64,000 nucleotides of DNA from contig NC_043001.1 in assembly GCF_006345805.1 (NCBI RefSeq), positions 59,830,001 through 59,894,000 on the forward strand. The letters are read 5' to 3'. The notes beneath the pieces are model-generated. The model was not told where the DNA came from. It saw nothing but the letters and a program-made list of their open reading frames with translations, and did not search any database. The translations under genes were made by a program, and so were the position numbers. This document shows positions 38,866 through 51,620 of this stretch, in pieces. Source of the stretch: Octopus sinensis (lineage: Eukaryota). The first letter of the stretch is position 1. Every line of letters starts with the position of its first letter.

Positions 38866-39393
38866 CCTAGGGATTGATTGATCACTGCTACAATCGATTT
38901 TCCGACGTTTTTTTTTTTCATTTTTCCCTTTCTTCCTTCTTCCTTTTTGCCCTTTTTACTTTTTCTTTCCCCTGAAATGTTACTGCACTGGTCTCAAGAA
39001 GATCCTGCCGGAATTCCTCGTAAGAAGTGCGTGAGGGCGGCCATGTCTCACGCTCGTGTGATTTGGCACATCCGTAGCGCTGCTTCTACGTTTCCTCTTT
39101 TCTTTCCTTCTTCCCTTTTCCCATCTTAAGGGAAGGAGAAGGAAAAAAAGTGGAAACTGCACGTATAATACATAACTTAGAACACTTAGAAGAAGAGCTA
39201 CGAATGTGCCAGCACACACGAGCCTGAGATATGGCCGCCCTCACGCACTTCTCACGAGGAATTCCGGAAGGGGCTTCGTGCAACCAGTGCAGAGAACTTC
39301 CGGGGAAAGAAAAAGGAAAACAAAGGAAGAAGGAAGAAAGGCGAAAAAATCCGTTGGAAAATCGATTGTAACAGTGATCGATCAATCCCTAGG

Positions 39394-39435
39394 GATATCT
39401 TAAGGAGGAATTTTTATATTCCGAAATATAATATC
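39394..39435 (+). ncRNA. Minimal type I hammerhead, right-arm copy (core mutated, stems and triplet intact)
   Basis: GATAT-CTTAAGG-A-GGAAT-TTTTAT-ATTCC-GAAA-TATA-ATATC. Confidence 0.6.
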
Positions 39436-39935
39436 AGACTAAGGATGATTAAATTACACTAGTTATTATAGTCCATTTTTGTTATTATAGTACATTGCTG
39501 TGCTATTCAAATCACATTATTACTATTTGTTATTATTGTTTAAAAACAATACACAATGCTTCAAGCGAACTACCTACAATACTCTTCTATTTCTACGCCT
39601 GGGTCAGGCCGCGTCCGCAACCAGTAGGGAGGTGATCAAACTATTAAATAAAACGTGCTAAAATCGGATAAGCAACATAATTCTTAACACCATCAGGAAC
39701 ATACAAGTACAATGTGCTTCCACAACCTTACCCTTCGACGATCACTGAAATATATACCTACGTTGGTCATCATAAAAATCATATAACATTTACAGCACCA
39801 ATGACATGAGCACATACGCAAATTCCCCGAAATAATATGCAACGTCACATCAGCCATTGAGCATACATACCGAAGAACAACCGCAGTTATTGACCGATGT
39901 TACCACCACTGCGTTGACCAAGAGAAGAAACGCCC

Positions 39936-42900
39936 GTTAGCATTAATTTCTCTATTTGTGTGTATTGGCATATCCCAGAGTATCGTTGCTTTCTCGTTTT
40001 CTGTGACCTTTTCTGGTGTGTGCCTATACCCTCTTTTTTCATGCATAGTAGTGCAATTTTCTGTATGTTATATGTATTTGTAAGTCCTGGTGTTTTTGTT
40101 ATGTATTTGTCTGAATATTTTTTATCATGCCTAATGCGCTTACTATGATAAAAATTGTTTCTGTTTTTAGATTCCACATTCGAGTTACTTCTATTTCCAA
40201 GTCTTTGTATTTTGAAATTCTCCATTTCTTTTAGAGACACGTTGTCATCTGCTGGTATTGATATGTCAATTAGAAAGCATTTTTTTCTTCATGATCTCTG
40301 ACAACTTTATCTGGCCTGTTGGCATTAATTTCTCTATCTGTGTGTATTGGCATATCTTAGAGTATGGTTGCTTTCTCGTTTTCTGTGACCTTTTTCTGGT
40401 GTGTGCCTATACACTCTTTTTTCTCTTGTTATTCCATAATGTCATAGCTTACAGTGTATGTCATTATTTTTCTTGTTTTCCTGTCTATTTTGGTTAGTTC
40501 ATTTAGTGTCCAGTTAAGAATATTGTAACTGTAACCTATAACTGGGACAGCTAAGGTGTTAATATCTATTATCTTGTTTTTAGCATTGAGCTCTGTTTTT
40601 AGTATTGATCTTACTCGTCTATAGTATTCTTTCTTTATTTTCTCTTTCATTTGTGTGTTGTATCTTATCTAGTTCATGGATTTCTAAACATTTGTAAGTT
40701 TGGCTTTGGTCTAATTCTCTTATTCCATTGGCTTTATCTAGTGTGATGTTGCTACTCTTAACTAGTTTTCCTCTTTTCATGGTTACTTTGGCGCATTTTT
40801 CTAATCCAAATTTCATAACTATTTCTTTGGTAAATCCATGAACTGTCTGTAGTAGTTTTTCCAGCTGTTTGTCATTTGTAGCGTATAGTTTTAGGTCATC
40901 CATATATAAAAGTTGGCTGATTGTATTGCCATAACATTTGTATCCGCATTTAGCATATCAGATAGAGGTGACAGTGCCAAGCGGAAAAAGATTGGAGAGA
41001 GCGTGTCACCATGGAATATTCCTCTTCTACTGGGGATGGTTTTGGTTTTCACGAATCCCTCTTTTGTTTGGAGCTGTAGCACTGTTTGCCATTTATTCAT
41101 AGTGTCCTATGTAATTTATAATTGTTGATGCTACCTTGTTAATGGGTAGTGTTTCGAGGATCCACGTGTGGGGAATGCTATCAAACGCCTTTCAATAGTC
41201 GATCCAGGCCATACTGAAGTCTTTCTTCTTTCTGCGGCTGTCTTCAGTTATCGCCTTATTGATCATTAGTTGATCTTTACAGTCATATGAGCCCTTGCAG
41301 CAACTTTTCTGCTCTTTTGGAAACAGGTTGTTTTCGTCCAGGTGCTTGTTCAATCTTTGCGATATTACTGCAGTAAAGGCTTTGTACACTGTAGGGAGAC
41401 AGGTAATAGGTCTGTAGATTTGTGGTTTTGCCGTTTCATTGGTTTGGGAGTGAAGATAGTTTCCCCTTTCTTGAGCCATTCAGGCACTGTCTCTGGCTCT
41501 GCCAGTATGTCGTTAAATTTCTAGCCAGCTTTTACTGCATTTCTGTCAGATATGTCAACCAGAAGTTGGGGATCTTGTCGTACCCAGGTCCCTTCCAGTT
41601 GCTTAGTCTTTGCAGTGCCTGGGTGACCTCTTCAGTTGTTATGGGGTCCAGAGTTGCTCAGGTGCTAAGTTTGTTGTTTTAATAGTCCTTTTCTCTGGTT
41701 GTTCATTCACCGACCACATTTCTTTCCAGAATTCTTCTGCCGTTGGTGCTGCAGTGATGTCTATTTTATTTTTCCCAAGTTCTTGGTAGAACTTTTTGGG
41801 GTTGGAGTTGAACTATTTGTTTTGCTCAAAGAAACGTTGCCGCTTCTCATACCGGCGCATCTTTTGTGCTTTGGCAAGGATATCTTGCTTTAGCTTTTCT
41901 TTTATCTCAGGTAAATTTTCTCTGTGATGTTGTATTTGCACAGTATTTTTATTTTCTTTTTGTTGCTTAGTAGCGTTGATTGTGTATTAATTTCGTTAAG
42001 AATCGATAGATCTTTTCTAATGTTTTGTATTGGGGGGGGGGGGTATTTATGGTGGTACTCCTGTTTGGATGGGTTTGAGGGAGTATCCAGCTTCTTTTGT
42101 TGCGGCAGTGGCTGCTGCATATATTATGTCATTTAGCTCAGTGATATTGCTATTTCTTTCAGTGACTACAAGTTCCCTGACGGCCAGGTTTATGCTATTA
42201 TCATTGATGTTGTTTTGTTGTCTATTTTGATTTTTGGGACGTATAGTCGGTGGTCCATTCTGATATCTGTGGTTTTCAGTTCTTTGATTATTCTAGTTTT
42301 TATAGTATCTTAATCATTAGGTTCCTCTTCGTTGTTTCCAGGTTTTAGATCTGTTTCACTTTCTTTCTCATTCGTATGTTTGTCTGTAATATTTTGGTTT
42401 GATGCTTTTTGTACATTATTTTGCATCCCTACGGTCTGGAATTTTTGTTTTTTGTCTTCGTGTTTTACTATCTCAGTGCTTTTATTATTTGGCATTGTTG
42501 TGTGGCTTCTATCTACATTTTCCTGATGTATTTTTCCTTTTAAATGTTCTATTTCTATTTCTGATATTTTTTTGCGTTGTGAATATATCTTCGTATGTTA
42601 GCTATTTTATTAGGGTTCATTGTTGTATCGAAGTGTTTATGTTGGTTATTTTTCTTCCAGATTTTAGAAGTATATGTTGAGGTGTTTTCGTTCTGTGGGT
42701 AGAGCACTGCTGTAAAGTAAGCGTGTAGGATTGAAATATATTCCTCACGTGTCCATTTATGGCTTTTTGCTTTTATTTGCGGGACATGAAGAATAACATC
42801 CGGCCCTTTATTTTGACGGTCGTCATTTTCGTAGGGTAACGGTTCGTTCATTTCTGTTGTCACATTATTTTGCACGTGTAGTTTTTCGTACTTTTTATGT

Positions 42901-43286
42901 AACAAGTTTAAAGTACGCACTTCCCGATTGTTATTCTTGGGTTGAATAATACTGGTATTTAATTTATTTGTACATGGTGTTTCGGGCCAGAGAAAGTCTG
43001 GTGTTGATGGATCGTAATGTATCAAGAATGTTTACATGTGCTGTGCGAGAGGTGGGGATGATATCGAGTATACATCATTTCATTTGGAAAATAGTAATAA
43101 ATTTCAATGAGTATTACTTATTCGGATATAGTCCAATCCTTTGTCAGCTATTTTTTGGAACCATGCGATGTCTTTATTTCCGATGTTTGTGGATAGATTT
43201 CGGAGCACACTTTATCGCTCTCACATGTCAAACGTTCCCGGTGTCTTTTGTTTAATGCCCCAAGTGTCTTTCTGTTAAACGTCCCC
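39936..43286 (-). mobile_element. R4/Dong-like non-LTR retrotransposon (RT plus restriction-like endonuclease), decayed and rearranged
   Basis: N-terminal HKWTREEY. RT motifs YRPITCLPTVYK, SMAWIDY, GIFHGDTLSP, YMDDLKLY and KFGLEKC. Thumb NTLAVPVIGYS..DRKTRKIMT. Endonuclease region HTDREINANRPDKVVRDHEEKKCFLIDISIP..SLKEMEK. The 5' end abuts (TAA)n. Confidence 0.85.
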
Positions 43287-43316
43287 ATTATTATTATTAT
43301 TTTCACTATCATTATT

Positions 43317-43352
<36 letters not shown>

Positions 43353-43435
43353 CTTCTTCTTCTTCTTCTTCTTCTTCTTCTTCTTCTTCTCTTCTTCTTC
43401 TTCTTATTATTATTATTATTATTATCATTGTTATT
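43287..43435 (+). repeat. Compound trinucleotide microsatellite (ATT)n-(GTT)n-(CTT)n-(ATT)n
   Basis: Direct reading. Confidence 0.95.
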
Positions 43436-44323
43436 TATCCATTTATATTGCATTATATTAGCACAGGTCGATACAGTCGGAGAAGGAAGCTTGATTAAGT
43501 CATTATTTCAGAAAAGGTGGCCTAAAGCTGATTCGAAACTATTTGAACACGATCTTGTTCGCGTGTAATAGCTTTCACTGTTTCATTTTGCATCCATTTC
43601 TACACAAACCTAAATGTTTATAGTTAAAAAAACCTGCAAGCGCACAAATCATGAATTATGTTCTGTTATTTCCAAACTTTAGCTTCAAGATGTTGAATTC
43701 AATTATTATTATAACTGTGTGTGTGTGATTGCGATGGTTTTTGTAGAGTGAATAGCAACAATTAGGCACACATCCATATATGCATTAAACACGCATATGC
43801 ATGTCTGTGTGTATGTGTGTGGGGTGGGTGTGTCTGTCTATATCTTATATCATTCAAAGAAGAATAATGGAATTTAGCATTTGAAGCCAAATATAATTTA
43901 TAATTCTAAATAAAATAAATTTAATTTGCCTGATATGTAGGCAAACTGAAACGGGGTCACGAGAAAAAGATCGCATACAATGTGTTAAGCAATGGCGAAT
44001 CAACACGTGTACAATATAATGAAATTATACAGATTTTACAGCACTAAAATATATCCTGACAGTTTTTCAAGAAGGTGAAAGGCTGGATGAAAATTAATGC
44101 TTATTGTTTTCTAAACAAACCTACATTATTCAGAAAATTCTAATTTCTCCGGAGTTTATTAAAAACATCGGTAGGACATTTTCTAAAGTCTTGTAGCATG
44201 GCGTGAATATGTATGTATGTATGTATATATCAATCTATCTATCTATGTTTCTATCTATCTACCTACCTATTTATCGATATATATATATATACATATATAA
44301 ACACACAGAGAAAGAGAATGAGA

Positions 44324-44382
<59 letters not shown>

Positions 44383-45039
44383 TATAGATATGTAAGATTT
44401 TCTAGTCTTATACATCTTATTCATATAGCCTGGCGCAAATATATGAAAAGAAACCAGGAATTCGAGCAGAAAGTCTGCTTATATTTATTGATCAGCTGGA
44501 CGATAACCAATATCGAAATATAATATATATATCGCAATCGCATTGTATTATTAAGTATTAGGCTTAATTGATATAAAAATATATTAGTTATATGGAAAAT
44601 AGTTCATTGGATCGATATTCTATTTTTATGCAATCCATATTGTTAACGGAAGCAATCGATATTTTTGGTCATCTGACTATCGAATTATTTATAATTGCCT
44701 TACCTTTAACATATGACTCACTATTCATTTAGCATGTTTTTGGAAATGTAGAATCTACGCAAACAAGTTGTGTAGTCGCTGATATATAAACTTGAAATTT
44801 TGTTTGATAATACATATTGACAAATTTATATAACTTTTTCGTAAATAGAGGTTAATGATATTTAGTTCTTCAATATAGTTCTTAGGGTCTGTAGCATAAG
44901 TGGGGTACACAAAGGAGGCATAGGGGGAAGATGGCCTCGGACATCCATTTAAGGAGTGGAATTAAAATTAAATTCTTTTGAAATTTGAAATTAACTCTTA
45001 ATTTCATTGTAAAAACTGTTTTACTATATACAGGTTGGT

Positions 45040-45230
45040 TTATATTTTTATCCCTGTCGAAACAAACTAGACCAGTTTCGAGAACTTGTTACATGCGAAG
45101 AGTGTGCGTAATGAGGATTAAGTTTATACAAATTAGCGATAAATCTCTGAATATTGAACAGGAATTTCTGGAATTCATAAAGTCTGCTTGCCACATAACA
45201 AACGACATTGTTTTAACATTAAAACTTTTT
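45040..45230 (+). mobile_element. Possible decayed hAT transposase fragment
   Basis: FLSLSKQTRPVSRT..VCVMRIKFIQISDKSLNIEQEFLEFIK resembles the hAT FS...DETTD.SR.EQL..CVRY....NI.EEFL.F region, with the catalytic D lost. Confidence 0.4.
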
Positions 45231-45556
45231 GTCTATGCCCATATGCGTAATTAAATACTCGAAAATAGATAATCAACAAATCGAATATGATTAGTTCCAG
45301 GAAATCTGACCCCTCACGAGAATGTGTAATATAAATCGAAGATAACATTTTATTTCAATACGATTTTTAGTTTAACCGCAAAACGCTTTTGGGGTTTCTG
45401 TTAGACTGAGTAATGCTTGATTCACTTATCGTGTGCATAAAGTTATAAAGATATAGAAATATATAAATTATTTTAAAATGATGCTAAATGCTCTACTGGA
45501 TCGCTAATTGCACTAGTATATATATATATATATATAATATATATATATATATATAC

Positions 45557-45601
<45 letters not shown>

Positions 45602-45654
45602 TTTGTGTGTGCAACAGTAAATCCATGCACGTTTTTTCTTCCTACCTTTTTCCC

Positions 45655-45770
45655 CCTCTCTTCTGTTTCCGTAGATGGGCCTAGGCTCGAAACGTATAAG
45701 GCTTCGTAAGCGGGGAATAATACACCTTGTTTATTGTTACTTCACCTCCCTCTGTCTTGTTTTTTGCATC
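45655..45770 (+). mobile_element. Penelope-pLTR-like fragment with minimal hammerhead-like motif (45669-45700)
   Basis: CCGTAGA-T-GGGC-CTAG-GCTC-GAAACGTA-TAAG, related to 23535-23570. Confidence 0.5.
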
Positions 45771-46039
45771 ATCTTGAACCAAATACACGCATATACACAC
45801 GCGCGCAAGCTCACGTACCCACGCAGAGACACACAGTCCCTCACAGACACAAACAGATACACATACACGCGCATACACATTACGTATGTAAATTAAATGC
45901 ATCATGCTTATCGATAAGTGCATTATGCATGTTAGATTTACATTACACATTCACGTAAATGGACAGATTTCTCAGAACTAATTAAATTCCATACGTTGAT
46001 CGTCTGTTTTCGAGTATGTAATTACCTATATGAGCATAG

Positions 46040-46071
<32 letters not shown>

Positions 46072-46073
<2 letters not shown>

Positions 46074-46470
46074 TAAATATCAGGGTAGCAAAAAAATTCT
46101 AGAAAAAATTCTCCGCTATCAGCGGTCTAGTGAGAAAGAAAGAAATAAGTCAAAGACTATATAATATACACTCAACAATATAGGAATGGCCCTGATAGGC
46201 CATTCGACTCACTAGAAAGAGCAGCCAAACTCAAACTGCTAAATAGTTGTAATTCTGAAATTGGAAGAGAAATAAAAACATTTACCCTTTTTCATCTCTG
46301 GACTATGCAAAGTTTCGACAAACTTAGGTAAACAAATTAATTAAATTAAATTAAATTTGCTTACAACTGGCGTGTCTCATCAGCAGAGAAGCCTAGGACG
46401 AGAATATGTCCACGAGGCTACAGCAAGGAAGCCTCAAGCCAATATGCTCTAAATTTTCAAGTAGATTACG
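46072..46470 (-). mobile_element. ~400-bp non-coding hammerhead-bearing unit, same family as 55787-56480, 3' end at (TA)n
   Basis: Collinear with the 55787-56480 unit (AGGCCATT..CACTAGAA, AAAAACATTTACCCT, CTCATCAG, CACGAGGC, AAATTTTCAA) and shares the terminal stem-loop region. Confidence 0.8.
46295..46389 (-). ncRNA. Type I hammerhead ribozyme, apparently intact
   Basis: Helix I TCTCTG/CAGAGA, core CTGATGA, helix II GAC/GTC with an inner 11-bp stem GTAAGCAAATT/AATTTGTTTAC, GAAA, near-palindromic helix III ACTTTGCATAGT, GUC triplet. Predicted cut between 46301 and 46300. Confidence 0.85.
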
Positions 46471-47463
46471 GATAATGACTACAAAATATAGTTGTTTTAC
46501 ATGAAAGCGAAATTTCCTGTCAGAAACAGCCACATAAATAGTGTATGCAAATTGAAGGAAGACGTTGGAACTTCCCTCTGGAAGTTTATTTTATTCAACA
46601 GCAAGTGGTGCTATTGTTTTGAGAGAAGTATGACTGGTACATTCAAAAATGGCAATATAATACCTACTTTAAACATACAGTTAAAGGAATGTATTTACTA
46701 CGTAATTACAGTGTCCGACCATTCTGAAATTGACTTCAGGTAACGAAAAGAAGACATAAAGAGTTTGACTTCAGTTCACGAATATTGCTTTTAATCTTTA
46801 ACAGTTTACTGTGAAAAGATTTCGCGTTCGAAATATCATAATGGATGGGTAAAATAAGCATCCTTAAAGTGAAACAACGCATTGGTAAGTAAACAAAAGT
46901 ATCAAGAAATAGAAGAGAGGAAAGGGAACATCACCTTTCAAGTAACTCAGAATAGGTAAAGGCAAGCTCGCCAAAGTTTAATGCAGATTAAATATGGAGA
47001 TTAAGATTGTATGGTATTCGATTTTCATCGCAAATAATGTTCCTAGTCAATTTAATCGCTGTGGTAGATGGAGAGGCGAAATAAATAGACAAAATCCTTT
47101 TACTTTTAATAATATTTTCTAGCCAAGTGATAATACAGAAGTCCAAAATATAAATAATTAATAAATAAGATGTGAAAACCACTAAAACATATGTTCTCTA
47201 ATGCCAATATATGAACATATAGATTTAAAAAGTACTGAAGGCCCTACATACAAAAAAGCTATGTACATACAACGAATTAGATAAAACAAACCGTGTGAAC
47301 CACATTTTTTCCGGTTTATCCATTTACGTGGTTTATCCATTTAGTGTGTGACCATCCTTGGGACATAAATAATGTTTATGTAAAATTTGGTGAAAATCGG
47401 AGAATTGTGGAAATGTACGCGTTAATCAATATCATACACATATTGTGATGTATATATACTAGA
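46470..47463 (-). mobile_element. Second copy of the ~1-kb repeat at 15470-16630, Helitron-like 5' end
   Basis: Collinear similarity with 15470-16630. The minus strand starts A|TCTAGTATATATAC at 47464/47463. Confidence 0.6.
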
Positions 47464-47806
47464 TTACCTTACTTAGATTGCCTTTTCCATATGTTGATAT
47501 TACTGTAAATCTTTTGTGAAACAAAAATGGAATGACGATTATTGAGTGAAATTTACAAAAATATTATCGTCATGAATATGGTGCTTCTGAAATAAAATAC
47601 TGATATTTCGATAATTTGACGATGCCAGCAAGAATATATCTTACGTTATCCGACTTTTTGAAATCGTCAGGTAAACTTCAAATATTGCACGAAGGTTCAA
47701 ATGGTAGTTACATTATCGATTTCGAAAAGAAGAAAAGCAAAGTGGAATTTGAACTCAGAACGTGAACATGGAGGAAATGGCGTTAAACGTTTTGCTCAGC
47801 GTGTTA

Positions 47807-49068
47807 CGAGGGGCGTTCAATAGGTAATGCCCCTGACCCACTTGCAGTTGTTTGATGATCTAGCTGAAATTTTGCATGTGCACTTATTTATACCTCTATA
47901 GATTAAATGGTGAATTTCAGCTCTGAACTAATTGTGGTTTCTGATTTACAGGTGTTTGAACTGAGTCAAGTGTGAAATGGAGCCTGTTGAGTGTCGAGCA
48001 GTGGATCCGGTTTTTGTATTTGAAAGGACGCACACCACGGGAGACTTTTGATGAAATGAAAGTAACTTATGGTGATGATGCCCCATCATATGACCTTGTA
48101 AAACGCTGGCATTGTGAATTCAAACATAGTCGGAACTCTGTAGAAACAGCTCCCAGATCTGGTCGCCCCCTTCTGCCGTCGATGAGACGTCTGTCCGTCA
48201 AGTTGAGGCTGCCATTTTGGAAGGTCAACGCATAACTATTCGCCAAATAGCCCTTGAGGTCAAGATTAATACCGGGTCTGTGGAAACTATCATTCATGAC
48301 CATTTGCATATGCAAAAGGTGTCTGCTAGATGGATTTCCAGGTTGCTCACACCCTTCCCGAAGCAAGAACGCGTCGAGTGCTCAAGGATGAATTTGGAGA
48401 TGTGCCAAGAAGATGAGTCAAAAGTTTTCAAAAGACTGATCACACAGGATAAAACCTGGGTCCATCACGATGATCCATAGACCAAAGCCCAGTCAATGCA
48501 GTGAAAGCACCGTGACTCACCTCATCCAAAGAAGGCAAGGGTGCAGCCCTCCGCTAACAAGGTTATGCTCACGGTCTTCTGGGACCAAGACAGAGTAGTG
48601 ATGACAGATGTCCTGGCAAAGGGTACCACAATTACAGGAGCCTATTATGCTTCACTTTTGAGGAAATTAAGAGAAGCTATCAAAATCAAGAGGCGGGGCA
48701 AGATCAGCAAAGGCATCCTCCTCCTGCAGGACAACGCTCCGGTCCACAACTCGCGTGTCGCCAGATCAGAAGCACAGGTGTACAGCTATGAACTCCTCCC
48801 CTTGCACCCTCTGATTTTCATCTCTTCCCAGCCATGAAGTTGATTTTGAAAGGAAAGCGTTTCCTAGATGATGCAGCCTTGATTTCTGAAGTCACGTCGT
48901 GGTTGGAGGACCAAGCTGGGGTCTTCTACAAAAACGGTCTCAAACGATGGGAGAAATGCATAATTCTGGGTAGTTCCTATGTAGGAAAAGACTAATAACT
49001 GTGCCAAGTGTCGTTGCTCTACTGCTATGGGAAGTGGGTCAGGGGCATTACTTATTGAACGCCCCTCG
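47807..49068 (+). mobile_element. Mariner family A, copy 1 (1262 bp), defective transposase
   Basis: 37-bp TIRs at 47807-47843 and 49032-49068 with 1 mismatch; TA at 47805-47806 and 49069-49070. Transposase broken by a frameshift near 48170, stops, and a deletion in the YSPDLAP region. Inserted in a SINE family B copy. Confidence 0.97.
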
Positions 49069-49294
49069 TAACAATTCTGCCATTTCGCCGTCTTACTTAA
49101 ACATCGCAGAAGAAGTGGAGTTAGTACAAAATATCTACGAATCCAAATAACAATAGCGAAATGTAATTTACACATATTACGAACATTTAAACATTAATTA
49201 AAGCTACAGCTGATACATACATACGTAAATGCATACAAACACACACATATATATCTATAACTATACATACATACATATATATATATATATACAT

Positions 49295-49352
<58 letters not shown>

Positions 49353-49463
49353 GGACTGCTGAATTTAGGGAAAAGAAATTACAAAAGAATCAGTGTTAAT
49401 TATTTTAATCATCATGTTCCCTTCTCAGGTTAAAGAGAGAAAGATATAGAGAGAGAGAGAGGG

Positions 49464-49530
<67 letters not shown>

Positions 49531-49785
49531 ATGTGCAGAAATTAAATGAAATGGAAAAATACCTAGCTAGTTCGACATTCCTATGATAGCACTAAAATAC
49601 TGATATAGGCAATGGATGAACTGTCCAAAACAAAATAAATCCGAAAATGTAGTGTGTAGATAAAGCTTGTGTTGTTTCTCCCAGCATTAATATCATCTTA
49701 GCGATAACATCTTAACTGTTATATATCTAGTTCCCACCATCGGAATTATAGAAAAATGTACAAACAATATTTTCAATACAATACT

Positions 49786-49830
<45 letters not shown>

Positions 49831-49842
49831 ATTATATATATA

Positions 49843-49892
<50 letters not shown>

Positions 49893-50906
49893 TATATATA
49901 TATCAAAAGGATGTTATAATACTATTCCACATATATGAAAAATGTCAAACAAGAATCCAATATACCTCCATCATCGGCTGCCCCAGAGATATCATTATGG
50001 TTTTGTTACCTAGGCAGTACCATTCAATCCGGCGGTGTCAACAAACATACCAAGGAAACCAAAACTCTCAAACACGTTTACCCTATATACAACCGTATCG
50101 GTAAATAAATTCAATAAGTAAATTACAACCAACTAATAAATGCGTTATTAAACAACGACTTATCCTTTAAGTCATACAAGAAGTAAATTTCCTAACGCCT
50201 TCCGTAGTATAATATAAAAATGGAAGCTTAATTTTAAGTTTATTCAATCAATCAATGTATAGGCAGTATTAAGCACTTACTTTAATAAAACTACTAAGAA
50301 ACACATAAACTAAAGTACATCGTATCGGTATTAATAATAAACCTGCAATAACTAAATTATATGCTAAATCGCAACCAATCTTTAATTCCATACAAATAAT
50401 AATCCCACAAGTTTTCCACAGGTACTACTATAATTAAAAAAATTTAAAGCGTTATATATATCTCCCCAAAACAAAACAAACCCGATTGAATTTAATTTAA
50501 CTAAAAATATAATAATTATGAGTGAAATACATTATTTCATCATTCAAATGTTAATAATAAAACAGTACATACTTATTAACATATCACAACTACAAGCTAT
50601 AATATTAAATTACCAATAATTAATAGAAACATTAAATTCTATTAAATAGGAACTAATAAAAGTACTTGCAATTAACTATTATTATAAAACCTTGCTATGT
50701 TTAACGTTAATTAAAACTGCTTATAAGATTAAAAAACTACAGGTATTAACACATGTTTTATCAGACATGCGGTACTATCACCAAGAATTTAAAAGGACTA
50801 TCTTAACTATTGATAACGAAGTGTATAATTACTATTTCCTCAGTACTCTCAGATAATGTTGGTGATGTAGTAAGCAAATAACTCGAATCATAAACATTCT
50901 AAATCC

Positions 50907-51620
50907 TTACATACAATTGATCAGTTGAAGACAATATATTACCCCATATTTACTTAAAATTACAATTTTCCCACCTACACAGCGATTAAAAGTTTTAACC
51001 AACTTACCATATTTATACTCTTGTTTTACTAAATCTCTTAACAGTTTATTTATTCTTTCCAAACATTTATTAGCATTATTGATAATAGTACTATATCTAA
51101 CAAGTTGCCCTGCAAAAACACCATAACCAATAAAGAAAAAGGAATTCTACTACTGATTCATGGCATTGAAGCCACTTGGAAACTAAAATATGTTTTATTG
51201 TAAATGTCATTACATATTTCATTATTATCCTTGATTACTAGATTGACATCTAAATAATTAATATTTCGTATATTGTTGCCATTTCTGGTGGCTATAAGCT
51301 CACAAGGGTATATTTTTCTGAGTAAAATTTCAAAGAAACCATAATTAGGTATAAATATATCATCTATGTATTCATTAAGCTGCTTAAGTAAATGCTTCTT
51401 TTTCCTGGTACAAAGGTATTTAAGAAAAAGTAGCTCACATGACGAAAGATAAAGGTCCACCAATAAGGGGCTACAATTGCTACCCATTGGAATTCCTCTA
51501 ATCTGCTCAAACACCTTACCCGCAAACATTACAAACGAATTATTTATAATAAAACTAACCATTTCTTACATCTTTCTTTTACTTGTATTAGTATATCCCT
51601 TATAATAGCAATTTGACAAA
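50907..51620 (-). mobile_element. Penelope-like RT C-terminal half, probably Naiad-type (RT at the C-terminus)
   Basis: FIINNSFVMFAGKVFEQIRGIPMGSNCSPLLVDLYL, YIDDIF and INYLDV, then after a stop and frameshift GYGVFAGQLVRYS...LSKYGV ending at TAA 50907-50909. No GIY-YIG is visible downstream. Confidence 0.75.

Larger units (their letters stand above)
38682..39581. repeat. ~900-bp foldback element with ~420-bp diverged inverted arms
   Basis: Termini TATTGTAGTTCGCTTGAAGCATT and AATGCTTCAAGCGAACTACCTACAATA. Inverted similarity continues to about 39100/39190. The left end abuts (TA)n. Confidence 0.92.

Noticed and set aside
38878-39403. Mirror-image short ORFs on both strands
   Set aside because: They arise from the inverted arms of the foldback and show no protein motif.
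50765-50875. Imperfect hairpin with CTGAGGA on the minus strand downstream of the PLE RT
   Set aside because: No GAAA after a helix II and no helix I, so it is not a hammerhead.
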